Positions 1-7,779 of a DNA stretch of 64,000 bases are shown piece after piece. The DNA lies in contig VXWX01000010.1 in the NCBI GenBank assembly GCA_009835735.1, forward strand, positions 29,772 through 93,771, read 5' to 3'. Within the stretch, counting starts at the first letter, position 1, and each line of letters begins with the position of its first letter. A model generated the notes under the pieces. The model was given only the letters and a program-made list of their open reading frames with translations. It was not told the DNA's origin and did not search any database. The DNA is from Acidimicrobiaceae bacterium (GTDB lineage: Bacteria > Actinomycetota > Acidimicrobiia > Acidimicrobiales > Aldehydirespiratoraceae). A program made the translations under genes and the position numbers.

Positions 1-75
1 GATGGATGTCGAGGTCGTCGTCTCGGTGGTCGTGGATGTCTCGGTCGTCGTCTCGGTGATCGCGGTCGTCTCGGT
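1..75. repeat. 30-bp imperfect tandem repeat encoding an HRDDDRDIHD-like tail of the toxin
   Basis: 1-30 gatggatgtcgaggtcgtcgtctcggtggt vs 31-60 cgtggatgtctcggtcgtcgtctcggtgat, plus a partial third copy. Confidence 0.75.
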
Positions 76-1027
76 TGTGGGTGTGGTGTTGGTGGTGGGT
101 GGTGCTGGCTTGTCTGAGGGCGGCTATGGCGTTTTGGATTTGGTGGGTGTAGGCGCCGGTGGTGTCTGATGCCCATCGGTTCATGTCGGCGTTCATCAAC
201 TCGATGCAGAAGCCGTACCGCTCCGGCAGTGCGGTGAGCATGTCTGAGATGAGTTGTTGTTTGTCGTGGCGGGTGGTGGGGACATCGAATTGCAGTTCGT
301 TGGGGTTGAGGTCGCCGATGTCGGGGCCGTCGATGAGGCCTTCGAGCTCCACTGGGGCAGGTGAGGCGGTGGAGGGCCCCTTGGTGGGGTTGTGGAAGTC
401 CTGGTGGCTCTTGATCACATACATCTCACACACCGCCGCGGGGTCTTCGATGACGGGCCGCAGACTGGTGAGGTCATAGAGGTCGCGCACGGTTGGGCGG
501 CGCTGCCAGCGGGCGAGTTTCTCTGAGGCAACCTCGTCGGGGGTCATCACCGGCACCGCACAGGTGACATCGCTGCGGTAGTGGTCATGTATCGGCCGGG
601 GCAGCAGCCTGGCCGTCACGGGCTGCTGTATCGGAACGCTTGGCGCGAAGTCGCAGGCAACGCTGAGCGGCTCGGCTATGAACGGAACGTCGATACGGAC
701 GCGGCTGTGGCGCCCCAGCGCCAGCGTGCTGTTGAGGCCGCGGCCGCGGTCGCGGATTGACATGATCCGGGTCAGTCTGTCGCGGTCGGGGGCTGCGGTG
801 AGCGCGAAGTCCAGGTCATAGGAGATGCGCCGGTAGCGCTGCGGGTCGCAGTGGAACTTGCGCACCGCGGTGCCGCCCTTGAACACGAGACCGCCACGGG
901 CGAAGGCGTCGTTTTCGGCCAGCGCCATCAGATACAGGTCCAACGCGGCGTCACGGGCGACATCGCCCAGCCGCTGGGCGCTCAACCGCGGATGCAGACC
1001 CGCGATCACCCGGGGCGTCAACCCCAT
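1..1027 (-). CDS. AbiEii-family nucleotidyltransferase toxin (type IV TA), runs off the left edge
   Basis: Manual translation from ATG at 1027: MGLTPRVIAG...LVFKGGTAVRKFHCDPQRYRRISYDLDF, matching the AbiEii FKGGT..R.S.DLDF motif. No stop before base 1, so it is absent from the ORF track. Confidence 0.85.
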   Translation of the reverse strand, partial: MGLTPRVIAGLHPRLSAQRLGDVARDAALDLYLMALAENDAFARGGLVFKGGTAVRKFHCDPQRYRRISYDLDFALTAAPDRDRLTRIMSIRDRGRGLNSTLALGRHSRVRIDVPFIAEPLSVACDFAPSVPIQQPVTARLLPRPIHDHYRSDVTCAVPVMTPDEVASEKLARWQRRPTVRDLYDLTSLRPVIEDPAAVCEMYVIKSHQDFHNPTKGPSTASPAPVELEGLIDGPDIGDLNPNELQFDVPTTRHDKQQLISDMLTALPERYGFCIELMNADMNRWASDTTGAYTHQIQNAIAALRQASTTHHQHHTHNRDDRDHRDDDRDIHDHRDDDLDIH

Positions 1028-1056
1028 CGCTACAACCCCCCGCTACAGCGCCATCG

Positions 1057-1950
1057 CTACAACGACGACGAGGCCGCGCTGGAGGGCTCCCCATCCCAGC
1101 ACACGAAATGGCTGCCGGGGGGCTCCCAGTAGCGCTCGAAGATGTAGTCGACCACATCGAAATCCCCGTAGGTGCGCCCGCCCCAGCGGCGGCGGGGGAC
1201 ACCGAACTTGTACGGGCCGCGAGCACCCCCAGGCGCCAACGCCGACAACTCGGCCGCAGCCTCAGGCTGTTCGCCGCGCCACATGATGAACGCCGCCTTC
1301 ATCCACACCGACCGCGTCCGCCCCCCCAACTCGCACACCAACTCCTCGACCGCAGCGGCGCCGCACACCGCGTCAAGCCACTCGCCGACATCTTCGAAAC
1401 CGAACCTCGAAGGCCGAGCCGCCATAAAGGCCACCAACGTCGCCGGCGACCACACCGGCAGACCCTCCACGCTCCCCAACGGCGCCCGCGCCTGCCAGCG
1501 CAACAGATTGAACCCACCCAAACACCGCGGCACCAACACCCCAGCCGGCATCGCGATCGTCGGCTCCGTCGGCCTCTTGAGCCAGCCGCACACCTCCAAC
1601 ACAGAACGCCCCGCAACCACCGCCGGCGTCCGCGGATGAGTACGCAACCGCCCCAACAACTCATCAAAAGCCGCCGTCACATGAAACTCCCACACACCAC
1701 AACGCCACACCCCCCGAGCACGCATCGGAACCAACCAGCCACCCTCACGCAACACCCGCACCGCACGACGAGCCGCAACCTCACCGCCGCACCACACCGC
1801 CAAATCCCCCACAGTCACAACCCTCAAACCACTCGCCGCCATCGCCTCCACCACCGACCCCAACCCCACAGGCACTTCACGCAGACCCACATCAGACCGA
1901 CCCCCAGCACCCACCGGCACCCCAGCCACAGCCGCCTCAACCACCACCAC
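1057..1950 (-). CDS. AbiEi-family antitoxin / transcriptional regulator (type IV TA)
   Basis: 297 aa with a wHTH-like N-terminus (LREGGWLVPMRARGVW). Lies directly upstream of the AbiEii gene; AGGAGG RBS at 1952-1957. Confidence 0.7.
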   Translation of the reverse strand: MVVVEAAVAGVPVGAGGRSDVGLREVPVGLGSVVEAMAASGLRVVTVGDLAVWCGGEVAARRAVRVLREGGWLVPMRARGVWRCGVWEFHVTAAFDELLGRLRTHPRTPAVVAGRSVLEVCGWLKRPTEPTIAMPAGVLVPRCLGGFNLLRWQARAPLGSVEGLPVWSPATLVAFMAARPSRFGFEDVGEWLDAVCGAAAVEELVCELGGRTRSVWMKAAFIMWRGEQPEAAAELSALAPGGARGPYKFGVPRRRWGGRTYGDFDVVDYIFERYWEPPGSHFVCWDGEPSSAASSSL

Positions 1951-1971
1951 ACCTCCTGTCGTTCCAACACC

Positions 1972-2001
1972 ATTCTAGACGCAAACGCCGTCGCCGGGCA
2001 A
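1972..2001 (-). promoter_or_regulatory. Putative sigma70-type promoter of the AbiE operon
   Basis: TTGCCC-18 nt-TAGAAT on the minus strand upstream of the RBS. Confidence 0.55.
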
Positions 2002-2063
2002 GCCACCCGCCAGCCCAACCAACCCCCAGATCAAAAACACCGACATACACCGTCACCGCAACC

Positions 2064-2089
2064 GCGTTCCTCAGCGTTCGCATGCGTTC
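2064..2089 (+). repeat. Phased GCGTTC repeats, cluster 1
   Basis: GCGTTC at 2064, 2074, 2084. Confidence 0.8.
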
Positions 2090-2117
2090 CTCGGACCCCG
2101 GAGGCGTCGTTCGATAC

Positions 2118-2163
2118 TCGAACACCCGGGCTGTTCAAACCGTCGAACGGCCTAGGTGTTCGA
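2118..2163. promoter_or_regulatory. 46-bp imperfect inverted repeat (21-bp arms), candidate operator or recombination site
   Basis: tcgaacacccgggctgttcaa-accg-tcgaacggcctaggtgttcga; arms 17/21 complementary. Confidence 0.5.
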
Positions 2164-2543
2164 TGGCGGCACTGCAAGTGCAAACGTGTGGTGACCAAAC
2201 GACCCCACGAACGCACGCTGACGCCCCACACCCGGTCAACGACCCAGCCGCAACAGACACCGACACCAGCATCCCGGCCCGGCATTGGACCAAGAACCGC
2301 ACTCCCAACAACGAACGCAGCCTCAGCAATCCACCAGCACCCCTCGCAGAGCACATGCCCGCCGCGCCAGGTGACCGCGGGCCGGGCCGAGCGTCTGCGG
2401 CGGGCTACAGCACCAGTGTTCTTGTCGGGCGGCTCGGTGCTTGAAGTGGCCGATGCGACAGGGCTTCTTTGCGGCTTGCCAGTCTGTTCGGCTGTTACAA
2501 CTCCGCCGCCGCTGTTCCCAGCTGGGACCCGGCCGGCCAACTC

Positions 2544-3119
2544 CTATGTCTCTTCGAGCGGATCGTCGCAAATGCGCTCGAACTCCGTGTGAGCATGGCG
2601 GACGCCGGAGACCTCCGGCAGCAGCGATGCGAAGTTCCCCCAGTTCAGGACGTGGCAGTTGTCGTAGACATCGGTCTGCTCTTCCTTGATGCCGGAGATG
2701 CCCTGTTGGTTCCAGTGGGGGGTGTGTGCACAGATCAGCAGCTTCTCGGCCTTGTCGATGGACGTTCCCCACAGCTCGTTATCGATGCCGCCCCGGTCCT
2801 GGTCATCTTGCGTCGGGTGAACGCGTCCCGTGAAGAACCGCAGCAGCGCGGTGTTGTCTTCCCACACACCGTCATCGGAGTCGGGGTTCCACCACCGGTG
2901 ATCGCGGTTCGTGAACCTCGCGGCGAAGGTCTGATCGTTTGCCTTGCCGATGTAGAGCAGCGACTCGGTCCCGCTGGCTGGATGCGGGCCGTAGACCTGA
3001 TAGATCCCGAAGTCCGTGCCGCCATCCATCTCCAAGACATCACCGAAGGTGTGCGGACCGCTCCATAGAAGGTGAATGCGGGTCGGTTCGCGGCGCTCGG
3101 TGTCGGGGTCTACTGTCAT
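2544..3119 (-). CDS. GIY-YIG nuclease superfamily protein
   Basis: GIYQVYG...LLYIGKA, followed by Arg and later E...N (AEKLLI...HWN). Confidence 0.6.
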   Translation of the reverse strand: MTVDPDTERREPTRIHLLWSGPHTFGDVLEMDGGTDFGIYQVYGPHPASGTESLLYIGKANDQTFAARFTNRDHRWWNPDSDDGVWEDNTALLRFFTGRVHPTQDDQDRGGIDNELWGTSIDKAEKLLICAHTPHWNQQGISGIKEEQTDVYDNCHVLNWGNFASLLPEVSGVRHAHTEFERICDDPLEET

Positions 3120-3260
3120 CGACTAACGGGTGGTTTGCGCTCGGGCGCAGTCCTCACCAGCCTCGATCATCGGTCTCAGCTTATGCCTGCGCCGGGTAGA
3201 CCTACGCGTGGCCGTGATGGGCCCTGTCGAGCCGTTCGACAGGGCCGTCAGCGGCGTGGT

Positions 3261-3307
3261 GCGTTCGTTGGAGTGCCTGCGCGTTCGTGGGCGTTCCGGG
3301 GGCCTTC
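3261..3307 (+). repeat. Phased GCGTTC repeats, cluster 2
   Basis: GCGTTC at 3261, 3281, 3291; degenerate copies at 3271 (GAGTGC) and 3302 (GCCTTC). Confidence 0.8.
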
Positions 3308-3322
3308 GTAGCTTGCGGGGCC

Positions 3323-4297
3323 ATGGCGACCAGATCGAACGGCCCGGTTCCCACTGTGGTGGTGTACGGCGCTTCTGGCGGCGTGGGCACCACCACCGTG
3401 GCTGCGGCGATGGCCATGTTGACCCAGGCCAGCCACGACGGGGGCCACACCGTCCTGGTCGACTTCGACTCACGCGCCTTCGACGTGCTGGGCGAGCCGC
3501 CCTACAGCGACATCTCCGAGCCGGGGGCCACCCATCACGTCGGCGTTCATCTTGGCCTTGATGTGGTGTGCTGGCCCGGCGCCAGCTTCGATCCGATGGC
3601 TTTGCCCGGAGTGCTGGCCGCGGACCCGCAACCGGCCGGCGTGAACGCCGTAATCGTCGACGCCGCCACGGCCAGCCCGGCTGCCATGGGGGCACTGGGC
3701 CGCCACCAGCCTGCTGCGAGGACGGTGCTCGTCACGGCGAGCACCTACCCGGCGGCGTCGGCGGCGCGGGACCACGTGGCCGCCAGCGGCGCGCACCCTG
3801 ACGAGATCGTCGTGGTGGATGACTCCTCCAGGGCCTTCGGTGTGGCCCACTTCGCTACCTGGTGGCCGGCGGGCACCCAGCTGCGGGTGCTGCGACGCGA
3901 CCCGGCGGTGGCCGAGGTCATCGACGCCGGGCTGTTCGGGCTCGCCTCCAGGCCCGGGGAGCGGATCTTCCCCCACGCTTTGGCGGAGCTCCAGGCCTCG
4001 GCTGTGTTGTGCGACAGCACCGATCGGCGGCGTCTGTGGGCGGCGCTGCACGCCTCGCGCCCCGACAGCCCCGCCGCGGTCCACCAGATGCGCGAGTGGA
4101 CCCGACAGATCGACGGCGACCTCCCTTCGGCCACCGCTGCGGTGTCGTCCAACGGCAGTTCGTTGCGCGCTGGCTGCGCGGTTTGTGGCGTCGAGGGCGC
4201 CGGCCACGACCCCGGCTGCCCGGCCCGAACGGCTGTGCCGGGCCGTCGTGCCCTCAGCGCCGTGGGTGACAGCCGCAACGGGCTGAGCATCGTCTGA
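3323..4297 (+). CDS. ParA/MinD/CpaE-like P-loop protein with deviant Walker A and a C-terminal Cys/His motif
   Basis: YGASGGVGTTT, VLVDFD, VIVDA; C-terminal CAVCG..HDPGC. ATG at 3323 preferred. Confidence 0.6.
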   Translation: MATRSNGPVPTVVVYGASGGVGTTTVAAAMAMLTQASHDGGHTVLVDFDSRAFDVLGEPPYSDISEPGATHHVGVHLGLDVVCWPGASFDPMALPGVLAADPQPAGVNAVIVDAATASPAAMGALGRHQPAARTVLVTASTYPAASAARDHVAASGAHPDEIVVVDDSSRAFGVAHFATWWPAGTQLRVLRRDPAVAEVIDAGLFGLASRPGERIFPHALAELQASAVLCDSTDRRRLWAALHASRPDSPAAVHQMREWTRQIDGDLPSATAAVSSNGSSLRAGCAVCGVEGAGHDPGCPARTAVPGRRALSAVGDSRNGLSIV

Positions 4298-4370
4298 CGG
4301 GCCGCACAGGGGCTGCTGAAGGCCTCTTCGTGGTCTGCGACCTCGCTGCGGACGGGCTCGTCTGCTGGCT

Positions 4371-4417
4371 GCGTTCGTGAGCGTTCATGAGCGTTCCTGG
4401 TGCGTTCGTGGGCGTTC
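4371..4417 (+). repeat. Phased GCGTTC repeats, cluster 3
   Basis: GCGTTC at 4371, 4381, 4391, 4402, 4412. Confidence 0.9.
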
Positions 4418-4475
4418 GGGGTGCTGGTGCACGGTGAGGGTCGATACCGCAGCCCAGCGGAGAGGAGCACCCCTG

Positions 4476-4898
4476 ATGGGCACCAACGGAAGCCGAGGCC
4501 ACCTCCACAACGGCTCTGGGACCGCCGACTGGGCGGTCTGCGACACTGAGGAGCTGGAGGGGTCGGTGCTCGTGCAGGACCCGGCGGGGCCGGAGCTCCC
4601 GCCGTCGGTGATCGCCCCTGAGGGCTGGATGGCGGCCTGGGCGAACCGGTTCGACCCGGCTGCGCCCGACGCCGGCGAGGACCTGGCGGTGGCTTGGGAC
4701 CCTGAGCGGGTGGCGCAGGTGGCGATGACGCTTGAGCCTGTCACCGCCGCTGAGGAGACGGCGCTGGCCGAGACGGGCTGGCAGCGGCTGCGAGTGGACA
4801 GCCATGAGGTGTGGGCGAGGACCCCCGAGGCGGCCCAGCTAGAGATCGAGTCCCGGCGGCGGCACCCGTCGTCGCGGTCGATGGGGATCGGGCTGTGA
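4476..4898 (+). CDS. Hypothetical protein (element cargo)
   Basis: ATG 4476 with AGGAG RBS at 4463; ends RRRHPSSRSMGIGL. Confidence 0.6.
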   Translation: MGTNGSRGHLHNGSGTADWAVCDTEELEGSVLVQDPAGPELPPSVIAPEGWMAAWANRFDPAAPDAGEDLAVAWDPERVAQVAMTLEPVTAAEETALAETGWQRLRVDSHEVWARTPEAAQLEIESRRRHPSSRSMGIGL

Positions 4899-4974
4899 GC
4901 GCCGCGGCGATCATCGTCGCCGGCGTGGAACTGGCCGGCCCCGATGATGGCCCCCAGCGGGCCCGCTGCTGCCG

Positions 4975-5376
4975 GTGACTGGCCCCCAGCACCGCCACCG
5001 CAGCACCGCGGTGGTGCCGGTCAGCATCGAGGGTCTCGGCGACGAGGTGGTCACCGTCACCCCTGCGACCGCTCTGCGCTGGTACGGCTCCCAGGAGCGC
5101 GGCCAGCGCCACGGAGCGGTACAGGGCTTCGACATCACCGACTGCGCCGCCCAGCTGGCGGCCGCATCGATGCTGGGCCGGCGCAGCATCTGGTACCGCC
5201 GGATTGACGCTTGGTGCTTCGAGGTAGGCCCGCTGTCTCGTGGGCGGCGCCTCGCCGGCTATGTGGGCGTTGTGGGCGAACCCCCCGAGGCGTGCCTCGG
5301 GGTGCAGGAGTGCGCCGACGCGGTCACCGAGCGCCTAGAGGCAGCCCGCCGCAGCACCGGCCGCGCCGGCCGCTAG
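4975..5376 (+). CDS. Hypothetical protein, 5' end possibly frameshifted (alternative start GTG 4895)
   Basis: Follows the previous gene via a 27-codon ORF with GTGA overlaps at both ends. Confidence 0.4.
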   Translation: MTGPQHRHRSTAVVPVSIEGLGDEVVTVTPATALRWYGSQERGQRHGAVQGFDITDCAAQLAAASMLGRRSIWYRRIDAWCFEVGPLSRGRRLAGYVGVVGEPPEACLGVQECADAVTERLEAARRSTGRAGR

Positions 5377-5403
5377 AGCCGGCTCTGGCGCCGGGGGCAT
5401 CGG

Positions 5404-5970
5404 TCACATGTCAGTGGTGAGGTCTAGGTTGTGAGACGACGGAGGGGACCCGCCAGCGGCCAGCTGATCGAAGCGAGCCACGGTGGCTCCGTCGGGGACC
5501 TCGACGCGTTCGGTGCCGCCGGTGCCGGCCCGCGACGCCACCGCGTAGCGTTGCAGGTAGGAAATCACCGCCTCTGTGGAGGCGTCGAAGGCGGCCTCGA
5601 TCTGTTTGCGGGTGTCGTCATCGGAGACCGCCCACGCCACCGAGACGCTCTTGGGCACGCTGTAGGTCATGTCATAGGCCGACATGGCCTTGCGCCGGCG
5701 TCTCACCCCCAACGCGTCGGTGTAGCGGCCGGCGGGGTTGTATCTCCGGCCGAGTTGCTCGCCGGTGCCGGGATCCAAACAGGCCAGCACAGCCCGCAGC
5801 GCCGCCGAGGTGACGAGGGAGCCCTCGGTGACGTTCATCGCCCCGCGGGAGGCCCATCGGCCCGGTTTCTCGCCGGAGTCGGTGTAGTAGCCCTCGCGGC
5901 CAGACGCCCGGCCGGTGTAGTAGTCGGCGTGAGCGACCCCGATCTTCCCGATGGACAAGACCACGGCCAC
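5404..5970 (-). pseudogene. Truncated MobF (TrwC-type) relaxase, N-terminal fragment
   Basis: LSIGKI..DYY..GYY..PGRW, YDMTYSVPKSVS. Homology stops at ARFD (~5465), just before the H..R.DP.LH.H metal motif; no helicase domain. Confidence 0.85.
5409..5430 (+). promoter_or_regulatory. RecA-NDp / PafBC-type DNA-damage promoter
   Basis: TGTCAGTG-8 nt-TAGGTT fits the actinobacterial TGTCRGTG-N8-TAnnnT consensus; followed by GGAGG. Confidence 0.55.
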
Positions 5971-5990
5971 AGACAGTGCCCCAAGGCCGC

Positions 5991-6074
5991 GAACGCTCAG
6001 GAACGCACCAGCGCGAACGCTCAGGAACTCTCACGAACGCACCCAAGACGACACTCAGCAACGCTGGGGAACGC
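5991..6074 (-). repeat. Phased GCGTTC repeats, cluster 4 (upstream of the relaxase)
   Basis: GAACGC on + at 5991, 6001, 6015, 6035, 6069; degenerate copies at 6025 and 6059. Confidence 0.85.
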
Positions 6075-6634
6075 ACCCCCTCGGACCCTGCTGGTCACCC
6101 GGGCGAACCCATCCGGGCGTGGCGCTCAGATTCCGATGCCGTCTCGGCGCTGGTCCCGTGGGGTGTCGACGAGGGTCCGGCCGTCGGGACCGAGGTATTC
6201 GCAGGGGATCTCCATAAGCCGCTCCTCGGCTTTAGCGGCCCGCTCGACGTCTGGTTCTCTGTTCGGCTGTTCGAGGCTCCAGATCACCACCCGGCTGCGA
6301 ACGCAAGCGGCGGGGGCGTCGCTGAGTGAGAGTGATCGCCGAACTGACGGCAGTGGCGTCCGAACCCGATGGCCTCCTGCTGGCGGTGAAGGGCCACCGG
6401 CGTGATCCTTGGCACAAGAGGATCACTTACTCGACGGGGAGGACACCACCCAAAGCGGGGACTTGGAGCCAAAGATCCCCAAGCTGTGTAAGGGTAGCTT
6501 CCAGCCGTCGGTGCTTGAGCCGCGCCGTCGCGGCGATCGATGGGACTGCTGTCTGTCTGTCTGTGCTGTCGTGGTAGGTATGCCCGACCTGAAGGGCCGA
6601 CCTCGAGGGCCACGTCCGAGCCTAGAGTCGTGGG

Positions 6635-7603
6635 GTGCGCTGCTCGGAGTGCGATGAGGGCATTGGGCTCGCAGGGCCGTTCTCGGCGCCCCCACGCACC
6701 CGGATCCTGAGACTGGCCGCGGTCGGTCTTGCCCGGGTGATCGACGGCGCGGCCTGGGTCGGCTCACGCCTTCCTGGCTGGCTGGCCCACGCGCTGGCCG
6801 AGATCGCAGGCAACATCCAGTGGGCGCTGAGACCCAACAGGCGCAGGCAGTTGGCGTTCAACCTGTGCCATGCGGTGTCGCAGCCGCCCGACGATCGCGA
6901 GGTCGGTCGGCTGGTGCGCGAGGTAATGGTCAACGAGTCCCATGCCGCCGCCGACCTGCTGTGGGCCATCGGCCGGCCCCAGGAGTTCCTCGACACCGTC
7001 GTCTACAAGGACTGGCACCACGTGCAGGAGGCGGTCAACCAGGGCCGAGGCCTGATACTAGCCGGAACCCACCTCGGAGGATGGGAGGTGGCCACCGCGA
7101 TCCCCGGCGCCAGGGTGCCGGTGCCGACCAATGTGATCGTGGCCGACAACTGGATCGCGTGGGCCATCGAGCACGTGAGGGCCTCGGTCGGGTTGAGGAT
7201 CATGTATCGCCAGGTCGCGGCGTTGCGCAGCGTGAGGCGGCTTCAGGCCGGCGAGGCGGTGCTGCTGCTGGGCGACAACAGCGAGCTTGCCGGGCACACC
7301 CACCGGGTTCGCTTCTTGGACAGCGAGGTCCAGATGGCCGCAGGAGTAGCCGCGCTGGCCCGGCTGGCAGGCTCCCCGATCATCTCGTTCACGGTGCTGC
7401 CGCTGGGCCCGCGCCGCTGGCAGGCCGCGATGGACGCCCCCATCGACCCTCCACGGGCTGAGTCGGGCAGACAGGGCGAACAGGCCGTTCTGCAGCAACT
7501 GGCGGACCGCTGGTCCCAAGCGATCACAACCAACCCGGGACACTGGGCGATGGCCACCCCACTCCATTGGCTCGACAGCTCCCTGGACACGTCGCGGGAA
7601 TGA
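6635..7603 (+). CDS. Lysophospholipid acyltransferase family (PatA/HtrB-like)
   Basis: GRGLILAGTHLGGWE, LLGD, VRFLD, AITTNPGHW; start codon uncertain. Confidence 0.75.
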   Translation: MRCSECDEGIGLAGPFSAPPRTRILRLAAVGLARVIDGAAWVGSRLPGWLAHALAEIAGNIQWALRPNRRRQLAFNLCHAVSQPPDDREVGRLVREVMVNESHAAADLLWAIGRPQEFLDTVVYKDWHHVQEAVNQGRGLILAGTHLGGWEVATAIPGARVPVPTNVIVADNWIAWAIEHVRASVGLRIMYRQVAALRSVRRLQAGEAVLLLGDNSELAGHTHRVRFLDSEVQMAAGVAALARLAGSPIISFTVLPLGPRRWQAAMDAPIDPPRAESGRQGEQAVLQQLADRWSQAITTNPGHWAMATPLHWLDSSLDTSRE

Positions 7604-7727
7604 GCCCGGCTCGAGTCGCCATCGGTCCCGTGCGTTGGGCGGCTACCACAACGTGCGTCGACAGAGGTCCTCCTCGGTGTCCTCGCCGATGGAGGCGCTT
7701 CTGACGTGTGTAGTGGGTCGAACTCTC

Positions 7728-7733
7728 TATAAT
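7728..7733 (+). promoter_or_regulatory. -10 element of the hpn operon
   Basis: Perfect TATAAT in GC-rich DNA about 50 bp upstream of hpnH. Confidence 0.5.
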
Positions 7734-7779
7734 GTCGCGCGCGCAAGACTAGGTGATCGAAGGAACGGACTCGGCGCGT

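Noticed and set aside
2118-2163. LexA SOS boxes
   Set aside because: Half-site spacing is 9 nt, not the 4 nt of the actinobacterial box.
1108-2592. 494-aa + strand ORF
   Set aside because: Antisense shadow of AbiEi; low-complexity His/Pro/Arg composition caused by the skew.
4371-4417. Repeat arrays as CRISPR
   Set aside because: 6-bp units with 4-5-bp spacers and no cas genes; no CRISPR array was seen in the window.
6075-6630. oriT and small ORFs upstream of the relaxase
   Set aside because: Only a weak GGTCCCG/CGGGACC inverted repeat and no recognisable nic site or protein motif; plausible but unsupported.
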